Positions 55,889 through 64,000 of a stretch of 64,000 bases of DNA are shown piece by piece. The DNA is from a virus. The notes under the pieces were generated by a model, which saw nothing but the letters and a program-made list of their open reading frames with translations, was not told where the DNA came from and searched no databases. The first letter of the stretch is position 1. The number at the start of each line of letters is the position of its first letter. The position numbers and the translations under genes are program-made. Location of the stretch: the IMG/VR virus record IMGVR_UViG_3300035663_000011, positions 3,364 to 67,363 of that record; one strand, written 5' to 3'.

Positions 55889-56748
55889 TTTGGAACAGTG
55901 AATTCGATCACGTCAAGCGAAACTACGAGAACACAAAGCCGATTCGTGGACGCAACGTGGACGTGCGCCCGCTGTTTGATCGACGGCGAGATTGGGAACA
56001 GGTGTGCATGTTGGGTACGGACAAGTACTCGCATCGGTTGTACAGCACGGACTGTGTGATCTACGAGCCGAAGCAGATCACTCTGAAATACGGGATATGG
56101 CCGTCAGTTACGACAGCGGAGTTCATTTCCAGAGCGTCACCGTTCAAATGCCAAAAGTCGAATAAAGCCTTGTGGGTGTACTTACGCAACAAAGATACGT
56201 TGCGCATCGAGAACGAAGGTTGGTACCCGATTTATAAACAGATGTTTGTAAATGTGATCGACGGGGTGATGATCCCGCAGATCGAGCCGGTGCCGGTACG
56301 GGTGGTGAATCGTGTGAACGCCAAGAAGTTGCGGTCCCGACTCAACAAATTGCTGGAGTACGGTACGGCAATACTCAAGTTGTCGGACGGGTGGATCACA
56401 CGCGAGTTTGAACAAGAGGCGCAGATGGAGGCTCAGCGACTCAATCAGGAAGTACTGGTCAATGCGAATGGGATCGGGATTGGAAAGTTTACATCCCCCG
56501 GTTTGCACCTGCTGACACTCGACACGAGCGAAGAAAAGTTGCCCGCTGTGTTTATCCGCATGTTGCAAAATGTAAGACGTATCGACGCTAGACAAATCGA
56601 ACGTTCGTACGAAAATCGGTACTCTCCGAGCGGGTTCAAGAATGCTTTGTACAAATTCCATGATTCGATGGAACCCGGCGTGTACGACATCGTGCCGCAT
56701 ATGCCTGACGGCAAAGTATTCTCCAACATCACGTTTAAAGATGCTTGA
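55885..56748 (+). CDS. Hypothetical protein
   Basis: ATG 55885 after AAGGAG; contains palindrome copy 7. Confidence 0.7.
   Translation: MIWNSEFDHVKRNYENTKPIRGRNVDVRPLFDRRRDWEQVCMLGTDKYSHRLYSTDCVIYEPKQITLKYGIWPSVTTAEFISRASPFKCQKSNKALWVYLRNKDTLRIENEGWYPIYKQMFVNVIDGVMIPQIEPVPVRVVNRVNAKKLRSRLNKLLEYGTAILKLSDGWITREFEQEAQMEAQRLNQEVLVNANGIGIGKFTSPGLHLLTLDTSEEKLPAVFIRMLQNVRRIDARQIERSYENRYSPSGFKNALYKFHDSMEPGVYDIVPHMPDGKVFSNITFKDA
56233..56250. promoter_or_regulatory. Early-region palindrome, copy 7 (intragenic)
   Basis: TATAAACA-GA-TGTTTGTA; shares the cccgatttataaaca context with copy 1. Confidence 0.5.
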
Positions 56749-56773
56749 CATAGAGGCTTAGTTCTCTTATAAT
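56745..56773 (+). promoter_or_regulatory. Consensus sigma70 promoter
   Basis: TTGACA-N17-TATAAT exactly. Confidence 0.9.
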
Positions 56774-56813
56774 ATGTCTAATAGTTTAGTAAACCATAAC
56801 AACGGAGTACATC

Positions 56814-57887
56814 ATGAGTGTAATCAACTTTGGTAAGACGGTTTCCCTGCAAGAGTTCGCCCGTGCCGTGGCTGAGGTCGGCCACGAAGTATGTCTGGTC
56901 GGTGAGGGTGAAATGGGTATCGGCAAGTCAGCGATGCTCAAGGTAATTAGTAAACAACTGTCTACACATCTTCCCGCGTACATTGACTGCACGTTGCTGG
57001 ACTTGGGTGACTTCGCACTGCCGTATACGGTCGAGGAAAACGGTATGCGTGTGACGAGGTTCGCACCTAACGCAAGGTTCCGTATGCACGAGGGTCAGCC
57101 CGTCATCATCATGCTCGATGAGATTGGCAAGGCTATGTCGGCAGTGAAGAACGTGCTGATGACCTTGATGAACGAAGGACGTATCGGTGATCACTACTTG
57201 CCCGAGGGTAGCATCGTGTTCGGCACGACTAACTTGGGTGCCGAGAATCTGGGTGACCTGTTGCAGCCTCACCAACGGAACCGTATCTGTTCGGTGCGCA
57301 TCCGCAAGCCTGAAGCCGACGAGTGGATCGAGAACTATGCGATGGACAACGGCATAGCACCCGAGATCATCGTATGGGTAAAGCAGTTTCCACAATGTCT
57401 CGCAGCAGGGGATGACCCGGCACAGAAAGACAATCCGTATATCAACCGCCCCGGAAAATCCTCACAGGGCGCGGTCGTCACGCCGCGTAGTCTGGAGAAG
57501 GCAAGTTACATCGCCAAACGACGTGATGTACTGGGTGAATCACTCACGATAAGCATGCTTACAGGTGTGATCGGTGAGGCTGCGGCGAGGGATATGCAAG
57601 CGTTCTTCACCATCGCGGACAAGTTGCCTACGTGGGATGCCATCATCGCAAGTCCGAGTACGGCCAAGTTGCCGGATGACACCATCGCACGGTGTATCTG
57701 CGTGTTCAGTGCAATCTCGCGAGTCGAGCGGGATACGCTGTCCAAGTGGATGACGTACGTACGACGTATGGACAAGGAGTGGCAAGCCCTGTTCGCCAAG
57801 TCGGTGATGAAGTCTAGCAAGCAGGGGTTCTGCGTGATGAACGGTGATTTCAAGAATTGGGCTTTGGAAAATTCTTGGTTGTTCTGA
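56814..57887 (+). CDS. MoxR-like AAA+ ATPase
   Basis: GEMGIGKS Walker A, IMLDEIGK Walker B, TTN sensor, NR finger, TPRS. Confidence 0.85.
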   Translation: MSVINFGKTVSLQEFARAVAEVGHEVCLVGEGEMGIGKSAMLKVISKQLSTHLPAYIDCTLLDLGDFALPYTVEENGMRVTRFAPNARFRMHEGQPVIIMLDEIGKAMSAVKNVLMTLMNEGRIGDHYLPEGSIVFGTTNLGAENLGDLLQPHQRNRICSVRIRKPEADEWIENYAMDNGIAPEIIVWVKQFPQCLAAGDDPAQKDNPYINRPGKSSQGAVVTPRSLEKASYIAKRRDVLGESLTISMLTGVIGEAAARDMQAFFTIADKLPTWDAIIASPSTAKLPDDTIARCICVFSAISRVERDTLSKWMTYVRRMDKEWQALFAKSVMKSSKQGFCVMNGDFKNWALENSWLF

Positions 57888-57903
57888 TAAACACCTGTTT
57901 ACA
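57886..57903. promoter_or_regulatory. Early-region palindrome, copy 8
   Basis: GATAAACA-CC-TGTTTACA overlapping the AAA stop codon. Confidence 0.7.
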
Positions 57904-57917
57904 TATCGGAGTGCAAC

Positions 57918-59108
57918 ATGACGAAGCTTACTGCTGAACAACGTGTGCAACGAGCGCACGTTGCGTTGATGAACGAACCGAAGTACTGCCTGTTCTCTGG
58001 CATCTTCATGATCGGCAAGACCGAGGTTGTCGATGATGTTCCGACTGCCTGTACCAATGGGCGCGACGTGAAGTACGGACGCAAGTTTGTGGATAAGTTG
58101 AGTGAGCAGGAGTTGCGTGGCCTGATCCTGCACGAGAACAAGCACAAAGCGTTCCGTCATCTGGAGATTTGGAAGTCTCTGTGGGACGAGGACCCGCACC
58201 TTGCGAACATGGCCTGTGACTACGTGATCAACCTGATGATCTACGACTCTGATCCGCAGGGTACGTTCGTGAAGTTGCCCGAGGGAGGATGCTTTGACGA
58301 TTACTTCCGAGGCATGGACGCCGGTACCGTGTACAGGATGCTCAAGCAGCAAGGCAAGGGGAAAGGTAAAGGCAGTAACGGGCAGGGCGGGGAGTCAAGC
58401 GACGGCGAGTCGGATGGTGGGTTCGACCAACACGACTGGGAGTCAGGCGAAAGCATGACTGCTGGCGAGAAGGAGGCTCTTGCCCGTGATGTTGACCAAG
58501 CGTTGCGGCAGGGCGCGATACTCGCCGGGAAGATGAAGGGTAACGTGCCGCGTGAAGTGACCGAAGCCCTGACACCGAAGGTGGACTGGCGCGAAGTACT
58601 GCGTGAGTTCATAAAGTCTGCCTGTGCGGACAAGGACGAGAGTACGTGGCGTCGGCCAGCCCGTAGGTGGATTGGGCAAGACATATACATGCCATCCAGT
58701 ATCAGTACGGCTATCGGTCGCATCGTGGTTGCCGTGGACACGTCGGGGTCCATTGGTGGTGCGCAGATATCGCAGTTCCTTGGCGAGTTGAAGTCTATCT
58801 GTGATTCGGTCAGGCCCGAGGGTATTGACCTGTTGTATTGGGATACTTCCGTGTGTCAGCACGAGAAGTATGAACGGCAGGACTTTGACCGATTGTTGAG
58901 CAGCACGAAGCCGAGCGGTGGAGGAGGCACCAATCCAACGTGCATCATCGAGTACATACGGGAAAAGAAGATGAAGCCCGAGTGCTGTGTGGTACTCACT
59001 GACGGGTACGTAAGTTCGTGGGGAAATTCGTGGCCGTGTCCCGTGCTATGGGGTATCACGACTGCAAATATCACTTCACCTGTTGGCAAGTCTGTAACCA
59101 TTAAATAA
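57918..59108 (+). CDS. Metallopeptidase-vWA protein (DUF2201-like)
   Basis: PTACTNG, HENKH (HExxH), NMACDYVIN; MIDAS DTSGS, GGGT, TDGY. Confidence 0.85.
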   Translation: MTKLTAEQRVQRAHVALMNEPKYCLFSGIFMIGKTEVVDDVPTACTNGRDVKYGRKFVDKLSEQELRGLILHENKHKAFRHLEIWKSLWDEDPHLANMACDYVINLMIYDSDPQGTFVKLPEGGCFDDYFRGMDAGTVYRMLKQQGKGKGKGSNGQGGESSDGESDGGFDQHDWESGESMTAGEKEALARDVDQALRQGAILAGKMKGNVPREVTEALTPKVDWREVLREFIKSACADKDESTWRRPARRWIGQDIYMPSSISTAIGRIVVAVDTSGSIGGAQISQFLGELKSICDSVRPEGIDLLYWDTSVCQHEKYERQDFDRLLSSTKPSGGGGTNPTCIIEYIREKKMKPECCVVLTDGYVSSWGNSWPCPVLWGITTANITSPVGKSVTIK

Positions 59109-59120
59109 ACACTGTTTACA
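59104..59120. promoter_or_regulatory. Early-region palindrome, copy 9 (1-nt spacer)
   Basis: AATAAACA-C-TGTTTACA containing the vWA stop codon. Confidence 0.65.
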
Positions 59121-59135
59121 AATAGGAGTGCAATC

Positions 59136-59957
59136 ATGATTCAGGACAGTTCTGTATTGGTTGATTTGAACATCTCTGTGTGGACTGGACGCAAGATGGA
59201 CAAGCGTGTGTCCGAGCAGGTCGATCTGTCGAACAACACCAAGACGCGGGCGGGCAACTATCACAAGAAACTTCTCGCGGGTACGCAAGCGTTGGACGCG
59301 CTGCATAGCGTGGCTGCTGTGATCAGGCAGTGGAACTATGAGAACACGTTGCCGTGGAATGACAACGGATCACGACTGCTGCCGATGGCTAACTTCTTTG
59401 ACTACAAAGCCATGCTTGGGCAGTACCAGCAACAGTTCAACAACGCGGTGGACAACTTTGTCGGGCAGTACGACGACCTCGTGAGTGCCGCTGCGTTTAC
59501 GCTGGGCGACCTGTTCAATCCGAATGACTATCCGACTGCGGACAAGGTGCGTGTCAAGAATTCCATGCGAGTAGTGTTCAGTCCCGTACCGAGTGCGGGC
59601 GACTTCCGTGTGGACATTCCGAACGAGTACCGTGAGGAGTTGCAAAAGATATCCGAGGAGCGGGTCAATGCGGCAATGCTCGATGCGTGGGAGAGACTGC
59701 ATCAATGCCTCAAGCATATGTCGGACAAGTTGTCAGGCGCGGAGAAGCAGGTGTTCCGTGACACGTTGGTGACTAACGCCGTTGACCTGTGCGCAATGCT
59801 GACAAAACTCAACGTGACCAACGACCCCAAGTTGGAACATGCACGGCAGCAACTGGAACGTACCTTGGTCGGAGTTGACGCCAAGGAACTGCGCAAGAGC
59901 AACGAGGTTCGCCACGAGGTCAAGACGCGTGTGGACGAAATTCTGAGCATGTTTTAA
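59136..59957 (+). CDS. DUF3150-like protein
   Basis: L.ISVWTGRK.D..TLPW.D.G.RLLP..LGDLF...DYP..LNVT.DP. Confidence 0.65.
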   Translation: MIQDSSVLVDLNISVWTGRKMDKRVSEQVDLSNNTKTRAGNYHKKLLAGTQALDALHSVAAVIRQWNYENTLPWNDNGSRLLPMANFFDYKAMLGQYQQQFNNAVDNFVGQYDDLVSAAAFTLGDLFNPNDYPTADKVRVKNSMRVVFSPVPSAGDFRVDIPNEYREELQKISEERVNAAMLDAWERLHQCLKHMSDKLSGAEKQVFRDTLVTNAVDLCAMLTKLNVTNDPKLEHARQQLERTLVGVDAKELRKSNEVRHEVKTRVDEILSMF

Positions 59958-59974
59958 GTAAACACCTGTTTACA
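59957..59974. promoter_or_regulatory. Early-region palindrome, copy 10
   Basis: AGTAAACA-CC-TGTTTACA then AGGAG RBS. Confidence 0.7.
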
Positions 59975-59989
59975 AGTAGGAGAACAAAG

Positions 59990-60760
59990 ATGCTTACTGG
60001 ACAGATTCACGACAACAACCGGACTGCAATACTCAACGTATTGATGCGGGAACTACACCGTACCCACGTCAGTCCGGACGACCTGCTCGTACAGTCGGAG
60101 TCTATAAACGTGCTGACAATTCGGGACTTGCGTTGGCCCGAGGCATATGGGTTGATGCTGATTGACATGGGTGGTGGGAAGCTCAAAATAAAAAACGACC
60201 ACATCAAGAACGACAAGTACCGCGAGAACAATCCAGAATACAACACGCACACGACTTCGGACTTGAAGAAGATACGGCGGTGGTTGCATGAGTACACAGG
60301 TCCTCTTGATTCAGAACGCATAACGAGAGAGTCTCATTACAAAGCAAAAAGAATTTTTGAAGTTTGGCAGAAAGAGACTGCGGGCGTCATGAACGATATG
60401 CAAAGGAAGCTTACTATTTCTACCATCGTGCTGGACATTGCAAACTACCTGCGTACCGGGGCCGCTTATCAAAACCCTCTAATCAGGGAGTGTTTCGACA
60501 AAATCCCGGCAGCAGAACAATACGCGTTACGGATGTCCGCACCTATGCCCGATACACATCTTCTCCTGAGTACGGATGGTCGGGTCTCATGTAGCCGGAT
60601 GATTTCGTTCTCATCCCCACAAAAACAGTATTCAGGAGTTTTTGAGGGCCTTGCTCCCACATACAAAGAAAAGATTGCGATTCTCAAGATATTGGAGGAC
60701 AAGACGTTCGTGGAAGATGTCGGTGTCAGGCTCAACGACTACAACTTTTGGGTCTACTAA
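59990..60760 (+). CDS. Hypothetical protein
   Basis: 256 aa, AGGAG RBS. Confidence 0.7.
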   Translation: MLTGQIHDNNRTAILNVLMRELHRTHVSPDDLLVQSESINVLTIRDLRWPEAYGLMLIDMGGGKLKIKNDHIKNDKYRENNPEYNTHTTSDLKKIRRWLHEYTGPLDSERITRESHYKAKRIFEVWQKETAGVMNDMQRKLTISTIVLDIANYLRTGAAYQNPLIRECFDKIPAAEQYALRMSAPMPDTHLLLSTDGRVSCSRMISFSSPQKQYSGVFEGLAPTYKEKIAILKILEDKTFVEDVGVRLNDYNFWVY

Positions 60761-60781
60761 CAGTTGACTCGGGGTAAGGAT

Positions 60782-61132
60782 ATGCCGTATCTTAATATCA
60801 TGAATGTATTGCGTAGAGTGCATAATTTACGATTTAACAGTAATTGGTTGTTAAGCGTAAGTACTAAAACTAGCGGCGACCTTTACCCGCTTTTCACGTT
60901 GATTGACAGAAAGCAGTCGAAGTCAACCAAGTTCAACAGTAATAAACACTGTTTACAAAAGTCAGTCGAAGAAAAACTCGCACTGGTCAGAATCATGCGC
61001 GGCGTGGTTGATACGGAGAATGTACTCGGTACGTGGATCGGAGGTCGTCACATGGTCGTCTGGCTAGACAAAGCCGAATACGACTACTTGATGGGAGTTC
61101 TAAAAACACATGGCAATGACACCGGAAAGTAA
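60782..61132 (+). CDS. Hypothetical protein (start uncertain)
   Basis: AAGGA RBS before ATG 60782; AT-rich; contains palindrome copy 11. Confidence 0.5.
   Translation: MPYLNIMNVLRRVHNLRFNSNWLLSVSTKTSGDLYPLFTLIDRKQSKSTKFNSNKHCLQKSVEEKLALVRIMRGVVDTENVLGTWIGGRHMVVWLDKAEYDYLMGVLKTHGNDTGK
60941..60957. promoter_or_regulatory. Early-region palindrome, copy 11 (intragenic, 1-nt spacer)
   Basis: AATAAACACTGTTTACAAA, identical to copy 9. Confidence 0.55.
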
Positions 61133-61466
61133 AGTAAAGCAGAAGGTAAGAGAGGCACTACGCTCGATCACTCTTTCCTACCACGTTATGCCGGTAACAG
61201 GCGGGTACGGCAAGTCCGGACCACCAGATTTCATAGTCTGTATCAGCGGGCGTTTCGTGGGAATCGAGTGCAAGGCGAATGGGAACAAGCCGACTGCGCT
61301 GCAAATGAAAAATCTACAGGACATAGTTTCTGCCGGTGGACAGGCGTTCATCGTTGATGAAACGTCAATCGGGGTACTCGTGATGTATCTAAGTGAACTT
61401 GCGCGTGGGCACTGGCTCCCCTCCTCACGCGTTATGGACCTGACCGGTGAAGAAGCAAAGGACTAA
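61110..61466 (+). CDS. VRR-NUC domain nuclease
   Basis: TPE.KVK..G.PD...C..G.FVGIECKA...PTALQ. Confidence 0.85.
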   Translation: MAMTPESKVKQKVREALRSITLSYHVMPVTGGYGKSGPPDFIVCISGRFVGIECKANGNKPTALQMKNLQDIVSAGGQAFIVDETSIGVLVMYLSELARGHWLPSSRVMDLTGEEAKD

Positions 61467-61689
61467 AACACGCTACGGCGTGGCGCGTCGGATACTGAGA
61501 TTGACTAGATCAAAGTTCGCCATCACCGCGCAGGATTTGGTGGAGACGTACAACTTCACCTACCGGCACTCGCTGCGGTACATAAAGTGGATGCAGGAAG
61601 AAGGCTTGCTGTATCTGCGCTACCGCACAGGCAATCGCAATTTTTATTCAGTTGTCAGGAGAAAACATGAAGTTAGAAAAATTCAATGA
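61447..61689 (+). CDS. Winged-helix DNA-binding protein (putative)
   Basis: IL.L....AITAQDL....R...RYIKWM..EG.L. Confidence 0.55.
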   Translation: MKKQRTKTRYGVARRILRLTRSKFAITAQDLVETYNFTYRHSLRYIKWMQEEGLLYLRYRTGNRNFYSVVRRKHEVRKIQ

Positions 61690-61966
61690 TGCTCTCGCCG
61701 TAGCCCATGAGTTTGGGTTGGATGGTGTGGATGTAGCAATACTCGGGGCTATCGCAGAGAAGCGCCGTATCGAGGGGGCTGCAACTATCATGCGATTCGC
61801 AGACGGAATGCCCGTCGCGTCATTTGCAACCATCCATGCGCGTGTCAAACGCATGGTGAAAAGTGGAATCCTGTCCAAACGGGTGGATAGGAGCAACGAG
61901 AGATTCAAGGTGTTGGAGAACGGGCCTGTGTTCGACAGGTTCATTGATAAGTTGAATAACGTGTAA
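61667..61966 (+). CDS. MarR-like winged-helix protein
   Basis: S.ATIHARVKRMVKSGIL...D..NER.K; AGGAG RBS. Confidence 0.6.
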   Translation: MKLEKFNDALAVAHEFGLDGVDVAILGAIAEKRRIEGAATIMRFADGMPVASFATIHARVKRMVKSGILSKRVDRSNERFKVLENGPVFDRFIDKLNNV

Positions 61967-61983
61967 CCATAGGAGTAACTAGA

Positions 61984-62379
61984 ATGACAATGACCGATAA
62001 GATTCGCCGCTTGCTCGCGATAGGCAATTCCGTGGGAGAGACCGCCCTAAAACTGAATGTTTCAAAGAACCGTGTCTACACGGTGCGTTGGCTTGACAAG
62101 AAGAACAAGCAGGAGAAGCAACAGGACAGAAGCGTGTTCACGCCGGACAATATAGTCAACCCACAAGTTGCTATCGAAACTGTCAATCACCCCCCGCACT
62201 ATACAAAGGGTGGCATCGAGACCATCGACTTCATCGAGGCCAAGGATTTGAACTACCGACTGGGCAACGTCATCAAGTACGTGAGTCGTGCAGGTAAGAA
62301 GAACTCCGACCCCATCGAGGACTTGGAGAAGGCTGCGTGGTATCTACAGCGTGAGATTGATGCGAGGAAGCGGGCATGA
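61984..62379 (+). CDS. DUF3310/SaV-like protein with N-terminal HTH
   Basis: VNHPPHYT.GGIE.ID.I..GNVIKY..RAG.K..EDL.KA.WYL. Confidence 0.85.
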   Translation: MTMTDKIRRLLAIGNSVGETALKLNVSKNRVYTVRWLDKKNKQEKQQDRSVFTPDNIVNPQVAIETVNHPPHYTKGGIETIDFIEAKDLNYRLGNVIKYVSRAGKKNSDPIEDLEKAAWYLQREIDARKRA

Positions 62380-62579
62380 GTGCAATCAACGACGGCGGGC
62401 AGGCGTTTCCGTGGCACGAACGCGGCATACACTACGGCATGACACTGCGCGATTACTTTGCAGCGAAGGCGATGCAGTCTTTGCTAGTGGCCGACGGGAC
62501 ATCATATCTTGAGGTGCGCGTCCGCAGAGCCTATGAGGTGGCCGACGCCATGCTCGCAGCGCGGGAGGTGAAGCCATGA
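62376..62579 (+). CDS. Small conserved phage protein
   Basis: DGG.AFP..GMTLRDYFAAKAMQ..AY..ADAML.AR. Confidence 0.8.
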   Translation: MSAINDGGQAFPWHERGIHYGMTLRDYFAAKAMQSLLVADGTSYLEVRVRRAYEVADAMLAAREVKP

Positions 62580-62857
62580 GCGACATTGCAGAGATGTGGG
62601 CGGCGCTAGAGGCGCATCAATCGCGAGCCGACGAGAGGGGCTACGGGAGAGAGTGGCGCAGGATGTGTCAAGAGCGCACACCAGAGGCTGCGATGGAAGC
62701 GGGCGAAGAGGCGTGGTCGGCGGAGGCGGAGTCGGCTGCGGCGAAAGCGGCGTGGGCGGCGGAAGCGGGGATAAGGGCGAAGGCAGGGGCCGCGTGGGCA
62801 ACGGTCGCAATCATGTACATCGCAGAAGCAAAGGAGTTAAAAAATTATGAGTTTTAG
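62576..62857 (+). CDS. Ala-rich early protein, paralogue 2 of 3
   Basis: EMWAALEAHQ..AD.RGYG.EWRRMCQERT plus Ala-rich tail. Confidence 0.7.
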   Translation: MSDIAEMWAALEAHQSRADERGYGREWRRMCQERTPEAAMEAGEEAWSAEAESAAAKAAWAAEAGIRAKAGAAWATVAIMYIAEAKELKNYEF

Positions 62858-62990
62858 AGCAGCGTTTTTTGACTTTAAAAGAGGTCGCAATTCAAACCCC
62901 CCGAAAGGGTATTTTCGCGACCCGACACCCGAGCAATGGGAAAAAACACTCAACGATTACTACAAGAAAGAAAGGAAGAAGAAATCATGA
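62847..62990 (+). CDS. 47-aa basic protein not in the ORF track
   Basis: AAGGAG RBS; MSFRAAFFDFKRGRNSNPPKGYFRDPTPEQWEK...; ATGA coupling to the next gene. Confidence 0.5.
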   Translation: MSFRAAFFDFKRGRNSNPPKGYFRDPTPEQWEKTLNDYYKKERKKKS

Positions 62991-63259
62991 GCGACCTTGA
63001 CGAACTGTGGAGCCGTCTCGCGCAGCATCAGCCTATCGCGGATCAACGCGGATATGGCCTTGAGTGGAAACGGATGTGTGCCAAGCGAACGCCACGGGCG
63101 GCGAAGTGGGTCGCGAGGGTGTTGGCTGCAACGGATGCGGCGGATGCGGCGTGGGCGGCGAGGGCTGCGGCTGCGGCGGTGGATGCGTCGTGGGATGCGG
63201 AGGCTGCGGCGGGGGCGGCGATTGGTCACATCAACAAAGCAGAGGAGGTGAAGCCATGA
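62987..63259 (+). CDS. Ala-rich early protein, paralogue 3 of 3
   Basis: ELWSRLAQHQP.AD.RGYG.EWKRMC..RT; ends AAIGHINKA like paralogue 1. Confidence 0.7.
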   Translation: MSDLDELWSRLAQHQPIADQRGYGLEWKRMCAKRTPRAAKWVARVLAATDAADAAWAARAAAAAVDASWDAEAAAGAAIGHINKAEEVKP

Positions 63260-63384
63260 ACTGGATCGAGACCATCCGGCGCTTATTTGCTTGGCGGCGG
63301 TACATCAACACACGGATCATCAGGGGGGAGAACATCCCCCCGCCCAACTGGGCCTGTAAAAGAAATGGGAGGGATGTCTGGTGA
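63256..63384 (+). CDS. Small hypothetical protein
   Basis: GGAGG RBS, MNWIETIRRL..PPPNW.C. Confidence 0.5.
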   Translation: MNWIETIRRLFAWRRYINTRIIRGENIPPPNWACKRNGRDVW

Positions 63385-63761
63385 GCAGGGGAAGAAGCGT
63401 ACTGACTCTTGATCAGTACAAGGAACTGTTACGCCTGTCCGCTGAAGCCAAGGCAGCAGGGAAAAACATGGAGTCTTGGAAGATCGCCTACGAGTGGGGC
63501 GTGAATGTTGGCACTCTCAAGTCTGCTCGCAGTCGTGGCATCAAGCACTACGATGTGATGATCCGAAAAGAGCAGCAGCAGAAAGCCCGTGAGGAGGCAG
63601 AACAGCAAAGGCTGTATGAAGTGAATGCGGAAGCGTTGATCCTTTTGAAAGCGGTGCAATCAACCCGATATTTGCACTTCATCAGCGAAGCCGGACCGGG
63701 AATGAGGAACTGGGACAATCGTGTCGTTGCGCTGATCAAAAAAGCGGGGAGCAAAGTATGA
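63381..63761 (+). CDS. Hypothetical protein (possible HTH)
   Basis: GTG start; IAYEWGVNVGTL. Confidence 0.55.
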   Translation: MSRGRSVLTLDQYKELLRLSAEAKAAGKNMESWKIAYEWGVNVGTLKSARSRGIKHYDVMIRKEQQQKAREEAEQQRLYEVNAEALILLKAVQSTRYLHFISEAGPGMRNWDNRVVALIKKAGSKV

Positions 63762-64000
63762 CCGAACAACCCGAAGCCTTATTCCTTGCTGACGAGCTTG
63801 AAGCGCCGCTTGGTACTGTGATTAGTGGTGAAGTGGATAAACGCGCCGCCGCCGAATTGCGTCGGTTGCAGACGGAGAACGAGCGGCTGTGGAAAGAAAG
63901 AGAGGAACCGCACAAGCAGATTGAGACGTATTTGCTTGAATGCAATCGTCTTGAGCGCGAACGCGATTCTGCTCGTGCGGAGAACGAGCGGCTTGGCAAA
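63758..64000 (+). CDS. Partial small phage protein (3' truncated)
   Basis: QPEAL.LADEL..AAAELRRL..ENE motif. Confidence 0.6.
   Translation, partial: MTEQPEALFLADELEAPLGTVISGEVDKRAAAELRRLQTENERLWKEREEPHKQIETYLLECNRLERERDSARAENERLGK

Noticed and set aside
51983-60957. Early palindromes read as a CRISPR array or integron attC sites
   Set aside because: Spacing is irregular (hundreds to more than 1000 bp), the units are too short and lack the GTTRRRY/RYYYAAC attC structure, and no cas1 or integron integrase is present
62851-62872. GTTTTAGAGC matches the start of type II-A CRISPR repeats (possible solitary repeat / RNA anti-CRISPR)
   Set aside because: Only about 10 nt match, single copy, and it lies within a small ORF with a good RBS; expected by chance

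Overview
Near-complete genome of a tailed dsDNA bacteriophage (Caudoviricetes, podovirus-like gene set, probably proteobacterial host), circularly permuted relative to its gene order. There are three blocks. (1) + strand 1-10533: small early ORFs, then replication genes (Leu762-type family A DNA polymerase, Cas4-like nuclease, HNH, SNF2 helicase, putative SSB, HTH, primase-helicase). (2) - strand 10577-51763: the late arm, in transcription order TerS, TerL, portal, GroES-like co-chaperonin, scaffold, major capsid protein, a cluster of small basic proteins, adaptor/tail proteins, LamG fibre, lysis genes, tail nozzle, and four large putative ejection proteins including a 2209-aa ART/metallopeptidase polyvalent protein. 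(3) + strand 52099-64000: early genes, including a MoxR-type AAA / vWA-metallopeptidase / DUF3150-like triad. No integrase, tRNA, CRISPR array or reverse transcriptase was recognised. The most interesting signals are a shared hydrophobic-x-x-G-G peptide tag in many late proteins, 11 copies of a palindrome TAAACA-N(1-2)-TGTTTA at early gene junctions, two candidate cis-regulatory RNAs that pair at or next to a ribosome-binding site, a cluster of perfect palindromes in the divergent non-coding region, and a three-member early paralogue family. All calls come from reading the sequence and recalling family motifs; no database search was run.
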